12,558 nt of DNA, taken from contig CAZHPN010000173.1 in the NCBI GenBank assembly GCA_964534375.1, positions 1-12,558 of the forward strand. Direction: 5' to 3'. The notes beneath the pieces were generated by a model. It was not told where the DNA came from and made no database searches. It worked only from the letters and a program-made list of their open reading frames with translations. Within the stretch, counting starts at the first letter, position 1. Every line of letters starts with the position of its first letter. Shown here one piece after another: positions 1-8,065 of the stretch. The DNA is from an uncultured bacterium (GTDB taxonomy: Bacteria; Lernaellota; Lernaellaia; Lernaellales; Lernaellaceae). The position numbers and the translations under genes were made by a program.

Positions 1-60
1 GACGACGACGACGACGACGACGACGACAATGACGATAACGACAACGACGACAACGACGAT
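1..60 (+). repeat. (GAC/AAC/GAT/AAT)n tract encoding an Asp/Asn-only linker
   Basis: 20 consecutive RAY codons, in frame with the downstream propeller domain. Confidence 0.9.
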
Positions 61-1800
61 TTTCTCGAGTCGGTCTGCACCGCCGGCCAGTGGTGCTGGG
101 AAAATCCGCGTCCGCAGGGCAATCCGTTGCGGGCGATCTGGGCCGAATCGTCGGGCGTCGTGTTCGTCGCCGGCAACAACGGCATGATGTTGCACTTCGA
201 CGGCAACCAGTGGACCGGCCAGGATACGGGCACGACCGCCAATCTCTACGGCCTGTGGGCCGATTCGCCGAGCGATGTATTTGCGGTCGGCGCGGCGGGC
301 GCGATTTTGCATGACGACGGCTCGCAGTGGTCGGCGCAGACCAGCGGCACGACGCTCGATCTGCTCGCCGTCTGGGGCGCCGCGGGCAATAACGTGTACG
401 CGGCCGGCCAGGACGGCGCGCTGCTGCATTACGACGGCGGCGCGTGGACGGCCGTGCCGGACCTGCCGATGGAAACCTGGGCGGCGATCTGGGGCGCCTC
501 GGCGAGCGATGTGTTCGTCGCCAGCGAGGCCGGCGAAATTTGGAAGTTCAACGGCGCAAACTGGGTCTCGATGCCCGTCCAACCCGAGACGCTGGCCTAC
601 GCCGCGATCTGGGGCACGGACGCCAATGACGTGTTCGCCGTCGGCGCCATCGACGGAAACGGCGCCGACATCGTCATGTACTGCAACGGCTCGTCGTGGT
701 CCACTTTCTCGACCGTGCCCGCGGAATACGAACTGCTGGCGTTGACGGGGGCCTCGGCGACGGAACTCTTCGCCGTCGGCCTCGATCTGACTCATCCGCC
801 GCTGGGCGCCATTCTCCACTACAACGGCGACGCGTGGTCGCCGGTGCAAAGCGGCGTGCCGGCGCTCTACGCCGTTTACCAGACGTCCCCCGCCTCCGTC
901 TATGCCAGCGGCGATTCCGGCTCCTTGCTGCGCTCGACCGGCGCGATAAGCCAGGGGCCGACGAATGCGTTGTACGACGTCTGGGCGGCGTCGCCGGCGA
1001 GCGCGTTCGCGGTCGGCGCCGGCGGGGCGATCCTGTTCTACAACGGCGCGACGTGGACGCCGATGAATAGCGGCACGGCGACGGACTTGCAGCACGTGTG
1101 GGGAACCTCTTCGACGGACGTCTTCGTCGTCGGCGACGGCGGCGTCATCTTGCATTTCGACGGCGTTGCCTGGACCGCGATGTCGTCGCCGACGCAGATC
1201 GGCCTCTACAGCGTCTGGGGCGCCTCGCACAACGATGTGTTCGCCGTCGGCTACGAAGGCGCGATTGTGCACTACGACGGCTCGCAATGGACGACGATGC
1301 CCTGTCAGCATCCGTACTACCTGCGCGCCCTCTGGGGCACGTCGCCGGCGGACGTTTTTGCGGTGGGCGTGTATCTGCAAAACGTCGCGATTCTGCACTA
1401 CGACGGCACGAGTTGGACGGCGATGTCGGCATTGGTCGGCGAGGATTTGCTCTGGGGCGTGTGGGGCAACGGCGACTCCGACGTCTACGCCGTCGGCAGC
1501 GACGTCACCGCGACCTACGGGGTCATTCTGCATTACGACGGGCAGACCTGGACGTCCGTTCTGGAAAACGCCCGCATGCCGCTGTACGCGATTTGGGGTT
1601 CCTCGGCGTCCGACATCTACGCGCTCGGCGGCGACGACACGGATTTCGACGCGGCGCTGCTGCTGCATTTCGACGGTTCGACGTGGTCGGAAGTGGGTCC
1701 GCTGACGACGAATCGGCTCGACGGCGTCGGCGGCACGCTGGCCGGCGACGTGTTCGCCGTCGGCACGCACGGGACGATCCTGCATCGCCAAGGGTCTTGA
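1..1800 (+). CDS. Asp-rich-linker beta-propeller repeat protein (14 WGxSxxDVFAVG..LHYDGxxW repeats), 5'-truncated, probably a lipoprotein
   Basis: Frame 1 is open from base 1: DDDDDDDDDNDDNDNDDNDD-FLESVCTAGQWCWENPRPQGNPL, continuing into the 127..1800 ORF, so the TTG at 127 is not the real start. I count 14 repeats of about 40 aa. Stop TGA at 1798-1800. Paralog of 1854..3878. Confidence 0.88.
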   Translation, partial: DDDDDDDDDNDDNDNDDNDDFLESVCTAGQWCWENPRPQGNPLRAIWAESSGVVFVAGNNGMMLHFDGNQWTGQDTGTTANLYGLWADSPSDVFAVGAAGAILHDDGSQWSAQTSGTTLDLLAVWGAAGNNVYAAGQDGALLHYDGGAWTAVPDLPMETWAAIWGASASDVFVASEAGEIWKFNGANWVSMPVQPETLAYAAIWGTDANDVFAVGAIDGNGADIVMYCNGSSWSTFSTVPAEYELLALTGASATELFAVGLDLTHPPLGAILHYNGDAWSPVQSGVPALYAVYQTSPASVYASGDSGSLLRSTGAISQGPTNALYDVWAASPASAFAVGAGGAILFYNGATWTPMNSGTATDLQHVWGTSSTDVFVVGDGGVILHFDGVAWTAMSSPTQIGLYSVWGASHNDVFAVGYEGAIVHYDGSQWTTMPCQHPYYLRALWGTSPADVFAVGVYLQNVAILHYDGTSWTAMSALVGEDLLWGVWGNGDSDVYAVGSDVTATYGVILHYDGQTWTSVLENARMPLYAIWGSSASDIYALGGDDTDFDAALLLHFDGSTWSEVGPLTTNRLDGVGGTLAGDVFAVGTHGTILHRQGS

Positions 1801-1853
1801 ACACCGGAATCGCGGGCCGGCGGTCGGCCTGACGCTTTCAAGGAGGATGGATT

Positions 1854-3878
1854 ATGGAGAAAGTGGCGCGGATTTTTTTGGCGGCCCTGTTGGCGGCGAT
1901 CGTCGTTTTCGCCGCGGCGGCATGCAGCAGCAGTTCGAGCGGCAAAGGCGGCAGTTCGGCCGCCGACGACGATGACGACAACGACGACAACGACAACAAC
2001 GACGAATCGCCCGACGACGACCAGTCGCCCGACGACGATGCGTCGCCCGACGACGACGACGACAACGACGACAACGACGACGACAACGACGACAACGACG
2101 ATGCGAACCTGCTGTGCAACAACGGCTGGTGCTGGCAGAACCCGCAGCCGCAGGGCAATCCGCTCAATGCGGCGTGGGCGGCGTCGACGACCGACGTGAT
2201 CGCCGTCGGCCTCGTCGGGACGATTTTGCAATACAACGGAACCGCGTGGAGCCTGATGAACAGCGGCACGACGATCGATTTCTACGGCGTCTGGGGCGAT
2301 TCGGCGTCCGACGTTTACGCCGTGGGCGAAGACTCGTCCGGCGTGCCCGATCCGGGCAAGGTTTATCATTACGACGGCGCGAACTGGACGCTGGCGGCGA
2401 CGGGCGCGGTCGGCTACCGCCTCGTGGCGGCATGGGGCAGCTCGAGTTCGGACGTTTATGTCATCGGCGATTCGGGCACGGCGCTGCACTACGACGGGTC
2501 GGCCTGGTCGACCGTGAATATCGCCAATTCGACGGCGGATTTCGCCGCCATCTGGGGCGCCGACGCGAACGACGTATTTGTCGTCGACGGCAGCGGAAAT
2601 ATCGACTATTTCAACGGCTCCGCCTGGGCCGCGATGACGGTCTCGCCGGCGTTGTCGTATTACGCCGGCGTCTGGGGCACGGCGGCGACGGACGTGTACG
2701 CGCTGGGTTACTACGCGCAGTCGTCGATCGACGTCCTGATGCATTACGACGGCACGAGTTGGTCGGTGTTTTCCGACGTGCCCGACCAATACGAACTCCA
2801 CGGCATCTTCGCCGATGCGGCGAACGATTTCTGGGCCGTGGGCAAAGACCTCTACAATTCGCCCGATTACGCGGTCGTGCACTTCGACGGCGCCAACTGG
2901 ACGACGATGATCGACGTCGTCGATTCGCTCTATTGCCTCGCCGGCACGTCGGGCGCGGATGTCTACGCCCTCGGGAACTGGGGCTACGCCGCGCATTACA
3001 ACGGCTCGACGTGGACCTTCATGAGCCAAGGCTCCAACGCCGCCCTGTACAGCGTCTGGGGCGGGTCGGACGGCTCCGGGTTCATCGTCGGGGCCGGCGG
3101 CGTCGCGTTGCAGCACGTGGGCGCGGCCTGGACGCCCATGACGACCGGCACGACGAACGCGCTGAATTGGGTCTGGGGCACGTCGGGCGCCGACGTATTC
3201 GCCGTCGGCAACCCCGGGTCGATCATCCATTATGACGGTTCGGCGTGGTCGAATATGCCGATTCCGGCCGTCACGGGGCTGTTCGGCATTTGGGGCACGT
3301 CGACGACCGACGTGTTCGCCGTCGGCACGGGCGGGACGGTGCTGCACTTCGACGGCTCCACCTGGAAGTCGATGACCACCAACGTCGGTTACTTCCTGCG
3401 GTCCGTGTGGGGCATGAACGGCGCCGACGTCTACGCCGTGGGCGGCGGCGGCACGACCTCCGCGCCGATCCTGCACTACAACGGCTCGTCCTGGTCGCAA
3501 ATGCCCAACAACGTGCAGCCGGTGTTTCTGTTCGGCGTGTGGGGCACGTCGGATTCCGATGTGTTCGCCGTCGGGCAGGACCTCAGCGGCACGAACGGCG
3601 TGATCCTGCATTATGACGGCTCGAACTGGACGCAAACGACGTTGTACCCGAACATTCCGCTGTACAGCGTCGGCGGCACGTCGGCGACGAACGCGTACGC
3701 GGTCGGCGGCTACACGCAAACCAACGAGGCCGTGATGCTGCAATATGACGGCTCGGCGTGGTCGGAAGTTCCGCGCGTGACGGACAACCAACTCGACAGC
3801 ATCCAGGGCGTGGGGACGACCGACGTCTACGCGACCGGCGTCGGCGGCATGATCCTGCACCACGCGGTTACGCAGTGA
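1854..3878 (+). CDS. Lipoprotein with Asp-rich linker and 14 beta-propeller repeats (probable tandem 7-bladed propellers), 674 aa
   Basis: RBS AAGGAGG about 8 nt upstream. Hydrophobic signal ending AAAAC (Cys24), then SSSSSGKGGSS, a D/N-rich tether, LCNNGWCWQNPQPQGNPL and 14 WGxSxxDVxAVG/HYDGxxW repeats. Confidence 0.9.
   Translation: MEKVARIFLAALLAAIVVFAAAACSSSSSGKGGSSAADDDDDNDDNDNNDESPDDDQSPDDDASPDDDDDNDDNDDDNDDNDDANLLCNNGWCWQNPQPQGNPLNAAWAASTTDVIAVGLVGTILQYNGTAWSLMNSGTTIDFYGVWGDSASDVYAVGEDSSGVPDPGKVYHYDGANWTLAATGAVGYRLVAAWGSSSSDVYVIGDSGTALHYDGSAWSTVNIANSTADFAAIWGADANDVFVVDGSGNIDYFNGSAWAAMTVSPALSYYAGVWGTAATDVYALGYYAQSSIDVLMHYDGTSWSVFSDVPDQYELHGIFADAANDFWAVGKDLYNSPDYAVVHFDGANWTTMIDVVDSLYCLAGTSGADVYALGNWGYAAHYNGSTWTFMSQGSNAALYSVWGGSDGSGFIVGAGGVALQHVGAAWTPMTTGTTNALNWVWGTSGADVFAVGNPGSIIHYDGSAWSNMPIPAVTGLFGIWGTSTTDVFAVGTGGTVLHFDGSTWKSMTTNVGYFLRSVWGMNGADVYAVGGGGTTSAPILHYNGSSWSQMPNNVQPVFLFGVWGTSDSDVFAVGQDLSGTNGVILHYDGSNWTQTTLYPNIPLYSVGGTSATNAYAVGGYTQTNEAVMLQYDGSAWSEVPRVTDNQLDSIQGVGTTDVYATGVGGMILHHAVTQ
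1965..2102 (+). repeat. Asp/Asn-rich coding repeat with DD(E/Q/A)SP units
   Basis: Encodes DDDDDNDDNDNNDESPDDDQSPDDDASPDDDDDNDDNDDDNDDNDD. Confidence 0.9.
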
Positions 3879-3911
3879 TTCGCCGAACGGCCGGATGGCG
3901 ACGATGAAAAC

Positions 3912-3934
3912 GGGGGGCGGATTCGCCCCCCTTT
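3912..3934 (+). terminator. Probable intrinsic terminator hairpin after the propeller gene pair
   Basis: Perfect 8-bp stem GGGGGGCG-gatt-CGCCCCCC followed by TTT and preceded by AAAA, about 33 nt after the stop at 3878. The U-tract is short. Confidence 0.6.
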
Positions 3935-3952
3935 CGCGACAAAGGAAACAGC

Positions 3953-5578
3953 ATGCATCTATTTCGGTTGACGGCGCCGCTCGCGATGCTTGGCGCGCTC
4001 CTCGTTGCCGCGTGCTTGTTCGGCTGCAGTTCGGCCGCGTCGAGTTCCGCGCAACCAGGCGTCGACGACGACGCGTCGCCCGCTGACGACGACAACGACA
4101 ACGACGACTCCTCGCCCGACGACGACAACGACGACGCGTCGCCCGCGCCGGAAGTCGCGTGGGTCGCCTGCTCGGAATATTTCCCGCCGGCATGGCTGCT
4201 GCTCATTCCGCCGCACACGAAATGCGGCGCCGTGCCCGCGCCGGCCGACTGGCTCGCCCCCAACGGTCCGAGCATCGTCGAGCGGTTCGCGATGGTTCCG
4301 GGGCCCGCCGGCGCGCCGGTGCTCTCGGTCAATCTCGGCGGCCCCGATCCGAACTTGCGCAACCTGGTGCTGTACGCCCTCAATCCGCAGGGGCTGCTAT
4401 GGGAGGAACTCGCGCCGAAGTTCACGCTGCTGTTCACCGAAGGACGCGGCTCGTCGATGTCGTCGACGCCGCTGGTCTGCCCCTCGTCCGTGCTCGGGCA
4501 GCCCTATGCGACGCAGGCCGAATATCAATCGTTGGTGTACGAATGCCTGGCCAACCTGCCGACCAGGCTTTCGCCGGCGGTGATGATGTCGAGCGACCAG
4601 GCCGACGACATGGACCTGGTGCGCGCCGGGCTCGGCGTCGACCAATTGCTGCTCTACGGCGCCAGCTACGGCACGCGCCTGATGCTGGAATATCTGCGCC
4701 GGCATGGGGAACACGTGACCGCTTACTTGCTCGACTCGGTCCTGCCGCCGCAGTCGTCGTGCAAGGACGACATCGACCGCACGTTGGAGACGCTGAGCGT
4801 CGATTGCGACGCGGTCGACACCTGCCCGTTCGCGTCGGGCGCGGATTTGACGGCCGCGACCAACACGCTGCTCAACGTCCCGCCGGCCGACGACGACGAC
4901 GACACGGCGTCGCCGCACGCGCTGACCCTGGACCTGTTCGAACTCTGCGATCAACCCGGGCAATTGGCGATGTTTCCCGCGGCGCTGGCGGCCGGGCAGG
5001 GCGGCGACTGGTCGGCGATGCAGGCGTGGCATGCCGCGTCGTTGCCGCTGCTGCCGGCGCCGGACGCCTCGTCAACCGACGCGACGACGTTCGATTTCGA
5101 TCCGTACGTCGACAATTTGTGCTGCAACGAATTCCCGGGCTGGAACGTCTTCAGCGACCGGACGTTCGTGCTCGATTCGTTGACGCCGCCGTACATTCCC
5201 TTCGCCCAAATCGAATGGATGACGAATATCGATTGCGCGAGCCTGGCGCAGCTCTACACGCGAACGCCGACGGTCAACCGCGCGCCGGTCGTGTCGGCCG
5301 CCGTCGGCTTGATGATCTCGCCGCGCCTCGACCAGCGCACGCCGTACCCCGACGCCGCCGCCGCGATCGCCGCCGGTCTTTCCGGCGCCGACGACGTGAC
5401 CGTCAACTGCAATCACGTTATCCTCACCCAGCTTGGGCAGGGCGGCATCGGCCTTTCCCAGGCCGACCAGGATTGCCTGCGCAGCCTCGCGGTCGATTGG
5501 CTCGTCGCGCCGTTCGATCCGACGACGCGCGCGTGCGTGAACGCTTTGATGACGCCGTTGCCCATCGTCGAAAAGTAG
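3953..5578 (+). CDS. Lipoprotein alpha/beta hydrolase (TAP-like / S33-type peptidase-esterase fold) with Asp-rich linker, 541 aa
   Basis: RBS AAGGA upstream. Lipobox LVAAC or LFGC and a DDDASP tether (4064..4144). CGAVPAPADW and NLGGP resemble TAP-family N-terminal motifs. Nucleophile elbow GASYG at 4658..4672, LLDSV after it, candidate acid in DQRTP and candidate His in NCNHVIL. Confidence 0.82.
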   Translation: MHLFRLTAPLAMLGALLVAACLFGCSSAASSSAQPGVDDDASPADDDNDNDDSSPDDDNDDASPAPEVAWVACSEYFPPAWLLLIPPHTKCGAVPAPADWLAPNGPSIVERFAMVPGPAGAPVLSVNLGGPDPNLRNLVLYALNPQGLLWEELAPKFTLLFTEGRGSSMSSTPLVCPSSVLGQPYATQAEYQSLVYECLANLPTRLSPAVMMSSDQADDMDLVRAGLGVDQLLLYGASYGTRLMLEYLRRHGEHVTAYLLDSVLPPQSSCKDDIDRTLETLSVDCDAVDTCPFASGADLTAATNTLLNVPPADDDDDTASPHALTLDLFELCDQPGQLAMFPAALAAGQGGDWSAMQAWHAASLPLLPAPDASSTDATTFDFDPYVDNLCCNEFPGWNVFSDRTFVLDSLTPPYIPFAQIEWMTNIDCASLAQLYTRTPTVNRAPVVSAAVGLMISPRLDQRTPYPDAAAAIAAGLSGADDVTVNCNHVILTQLGQGGIGLSQADQDCLRSLAVDWLVAPFDPTTRACVNALMTPLPIVEK

Positions 5579-5637
5579 ACGTGCGGATGATATCGCGCGC
5601 GCAGCGCACACGTGGGGCGGCGGATACGGAAGACGAA

Positions 5638-5656
5638 GCGCCGGTCGGACCGGCGC
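5638..5656 (-). terminator. Hairpin between convergent genes, probable terminator of the minus-strand HTH gene
   Basis: GCGCCGGT-cgg-ACCGGCGC 8-bp stem, followed on the minus strand by TTCGTCTT, 13 nt after the stop at 5670. Confidence 0.45.
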
Positions 5657-5669
5657 CGGAATGCAGCGT

Positions 5670-6110
5670 TTATTTCGGCGCGACGAATTTGCCGCGGTCC
5701 GCTTTGACCACGGCGCCGGTCTTCTCGATGCGGTGCAGCGTCTTGTAGACCATCAACTGCGGTTCGGCCGACGTCGTCTGCCAACCGACTTTCTGCAGCC
5801 CGGCCAGGATCTCTCTGGCGTTCATCGGCCGTTTCGCGCCGCGCAAGACTTTCACGATCCGGTCCGGCAACGTCGTTTCGCCGCGGGCTTTGCGGCCCGG
5901 ACGTGCGGCGGCGGCCGGCTTGGCGATCGGCGCGGCGCCCTTCGGCGGCCTGCCGGGCTTGCGCTTCGCCGGCGTCGCGGGCGCGGCCGCTACGCCCATC
6001 AACTCGGCCAGTTTGGCGAACAACGTTTGTTTCCGCGCGACAAATTCCTGTTCGAGGGTCGCGGCGGCCCGTTTGAAATTCTCCACCTGTTTCGCCCATG
6101 TCTCGTTCAT
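5670..6110 (-). CDS. Small basic DNA-binding protein: N-terminal helix/coiled coil, Lys/Arg/Pro/Ala linker, C-terminal winged-helix-like domain (146 aa)
   Basis: ATG at 6110 (MNETWAKQ) has AGGAG about 10 nt upstream and is preferred over the track start at 6221. Linker contains KRKPGRPPK. The C-terminus TLPDRIVKVLRGAKRPMNAREILAGL...VYKTLHR...VVKADRGKF has the pattern of HARE-HTH-like winged helices. Confidence 0.75.
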   Translation of the reverse strand: MNETWAKQVENFKRAAATLEQEFVARKQTLFAKLAELMGVAAAPATPAKRKPGRPPKGAAPIAKPAAAARPGRKARGETTLPDRIVKVLRGAKRPMNAREILAGLQKVGWQTTSAEPQLMVYKTLHRIEKTGAVVKADRGKFVAPK

Positions 6111-6210
6111 CGGTCTCGTCTCCTGTGTTGCGGCGATCAATATGCGCCAAAAGCCCGCGTTGCCGCCGAAGCGCCAAAGGGAATCCGGTTCGCTGATGAT
6201 TCTGGAACAG

Positions 6211-6238
6211 AAAGTAACCAAGCTTTTGGAAATGTCAA
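6211..6238 (-). promoter_or_regulatory. sigma70-type promoter for the winged-helix gene
   Basis: Minus strand TTGACA (6238-6233), 16-nt spacer, TACTTT (6216-6211), in an AT-rich intergenic patch about 100 nt upstream of the ATG at 6110. Confidence 0.55.
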
Positions 6239-6357
6239 CATTGCGCTTCGGGAGCGCCTCGCGCGCGGGCCGGCGTCGGCGGCCAAAGATGTCCTTGATT
6301 CATGGGTTTCCCGCGACCGCTTTCAACTGGGCCCACGTGCCGGCGGCCCACAACTCG

Positions 6358-7191
6358 CTAACGTGCGCAGCGGAAACCGACGTTGATGTCTTCGAGCGGC
6401 GGCGACCCGTAGTAGCGGTTCGAAGACCGCAAAAACCACGGCTCGAAATTCCAACAACCGCCGCGCAGCACGTACAACGTCCCGCTCGCGGGGCCGGTCG
6501 GGTCTTGCGACGGCGAGGATGCATAGTAATTCGCGTCGTACCAATCGGAAATCCACTGCCACGCGTTTCCCAGCATGTCGCAAAGACCAAACGCGTTCGG
6601 CGTTTTTTGGCACACGGGCTGGTAGGAGCTCCCGGAATCCTCTTTGTACCACGCGATCGACGACAAGCACGACACATCGTCGCCACAGTAATAGATCGTC
6701 GTCGTTCCGGCCCGCGCGGCGTATTCCCATTCCGCTTCGGTGGGCAAGCGGCCGCCCTGCGCGGCGCAGAACGCGGACGCTTCCCCCCAATCGACCGAAT
6801 CCACGGGGCAATCGGGGCATGCAATCAGTTGGCTCGGATTCATCCCGACCGCGTCCGTATATTGCTGTTGCGTAATGTGGCTCTTGGTCAACTCGAACGC
6901 GGAAATCGACACCTCGTGGGGCGGATTTTCCGAAGCGTCGCACTGCGTGTCGTTCGGCGAGCAACCCATCTTGAACGATCCGGCCGGGATCGACACCCAT
7001 TCCAGCGCGACCGGCGAAATGTCGTCGTCGTCATCCGCCGGCGTCGAGTCGTCGTCCGCCGGGCTGGCGTCGTCATCCGCCGCCGGGCTGCTGCTGCTTG
7101 TCGTATTGCCGCTGCCCCCGCAGGCAAAGAGCGCCGCCGCAAGGAGCGCCAGCAGCACAATCGGGAATGGCAGAAAATGTTTGCGATTCAT
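6358..7191 (-). CDS. Lipoprotein with Asp-rich linker and FGE-sulfatase (SUMF1/EgtB/PvdO-like, C-type-lectin fold) domain, 277 aa
   Basis: RBS GGAGG upstream, lipobox LFAC, DDDASP tether (7077..7012). Family motifs IPAGSFKMG, ENPPHEV, RLPTEAEWEYAARAG, PNAFGLCDMLGNAWQW, VLRGGCW and GFRCAR are present. The CxxxxC catalytic loop of true FGE is absent. Confidence 0.9.
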   Translation of the reverse strand: MNRKHFLPFPIVLLALLAAALFACGGSGNTTSSSSPAADDDASPADDDSTPADDDDDISPVALEWVSIPAGSFKMGCSPNDTQCDASENPPHEVSISAFELTKSHITQQQYTDAVGMNPSQLIACPDCPVDSVDWGEASAFCAAQGGRLPTEAEWEYAARAGTTTIYYCGDDVSCLSSIAWYKEDSGSSYQPVCQKTPNAFGLCDMLGNAWQWISDWYDANYYASSPSQDPTGPASGTLYVLRGGCWNFEPWFLRSSNRYYGSPPLEDINVGFRCAR

Positions 7192-7381
7192 GTGGCCTCC
7201 ATGGTCAACTTCAACGTTGCCGCGGCCGCGCGAATCGATTCGGCCGCACGCACAAACATGGTAAAAGAACCAAACATCTCAAAAATAAGCACGGCGGCTT
7301 TCGCGCGCCAGAGGCGGTTTTCGAATAAATCGTTGAGCCGCGCGGGCGGCGGCCTTATCTTCTCGCCCGGAGGCCATGGGA

Positions 7382-8065
7382 ATGACCGCAGATGAAGGCG
7401 CGAAGCCGGACACCCCACTGTCGATTAAGGACTGCGCATTGATCACGCTGGCCACGGGCCGGCGAGCGATGAATTTGCGCGAGCTGGGCGTGGCGCTAGG
7501 CGACGCGCCGCTCAATTCCATCTACTACCATTTTTGGGGCGGATTGCTCCGGCCCAGTTTCGCCGATCCGGAATACCAAAACGATTTCGCCGGCTGGGCC
7601 CGCCAGTCGCTGCACGACGATCGGCTGGCCGAACGGTTGGCCATCGTCGACCCGACCGCGTACACCGATCTGGAAGACCTGCGCCGCGACCTGATCGAAA
7701 TCATCGAGGAGCGGCTCGAAGAGTCGGAACTGGTCCCGTGGGCGAAGCGCGAGCAGCAGTTCACGTTCGTCGAGTCGCAAATCGTCGTCTTCGACACGGA
7801 AATCAGAATCGACGACCCGGCCGCGCTCGTCGACCTGCTGCCGACGCTTTCGCCCGGCTCCATTTTTTACCATTTCATCGACGCGCGGCGGCGCAATCCG
7901 GAGTGGATCGACGATTTTCGTCGGTGGCTCAAAGGCTTCGGCGAGCGCTACGACAAGCTCACTCAGCGCATCGGCAGTCTCGATCCGCATTTCGGCTCGT
8001 TGACCGAGATGCGCGAAGACCTCTCGCGCATCTTCCGCGGTTACTTTGAGTGGGAGCGGCTATGA
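7382..8065 (+). CDS. DUF5752-family protein (treT-associated)
   Basis: GGAGG at 7369-7373 fits ATG 7382 better than ATG 7376. Duplicated motif SIYYHF...NDFAGW / SIFYHF...DDFRRW and ATGRRAMNLREL match my recollection of the family found upstream of treT. Stop overlaps the next start (ATGA). Confidence 0.8.
   Translation: MTADEGAKPDTPLSIKDCALITLATGRRAMNLRELGVALGDAPLNSIYYHFWGGLLRPSFADPEYQNDFAGWARQSLHDDRLAERLAIVDPTAYTDLEDLRRDLIEIIEERLEESELVPWAKREQQFTFVESQIVVFDTEIRIDDPAALVDLLPTLSPGSIFYHFIDARRRNPEWIDDFRRWLKGFGERYDKLTQRIGSLDPHFGSLTEMREDLSRIFRGYFEWERL

Noticed and set aside
127..3878. Regularly spaced nucleotide repeats (CATTACGACGG, GTCTGGGGC, GACGTGTTCGCCGTCGG) as a CRISPR-like array
   Set aside because: They are degenerate at third codon positions and in frame with protein repeats. 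There are no identical direct repeats with unique spacers and no cas genes.
1617..4193. 858-aa minus-strand ORF with poly-Val (likewise 11016..12290 and other long Arg/Val/Thr/Ser-rich ORFs)
   Set aside because: Antisense or alternate-frame shadows of GC-rich genes. The poly-V, poly-T, poly-S and poly-R stretches are other readings of the (GAC)n tracts.
6111..6221. Longer start for the winged-helix gene given in the ORF track
   Set aside because: It overlaps the predicted promoter, whereas ATG 6110 has a clear AGGAG RBS.
6358..7191. True formylglycine-generating enzyme or a complete DGR
   Set aside because: The catalytic CxxxxC loop is absent, and there is no adjacent sulfatase, template repeat, avd or RT in the window.
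7193..7376. 8-bp inverted repeat TGGCCTCC / GGAGGCCA flanking the divergent intergenic region (invertible promoter?)
   Set aside because: Both arms are the GGAGG Shine-Dalgarno sites of the two divergent genes. The repeat is short and no recombinase is nearby.
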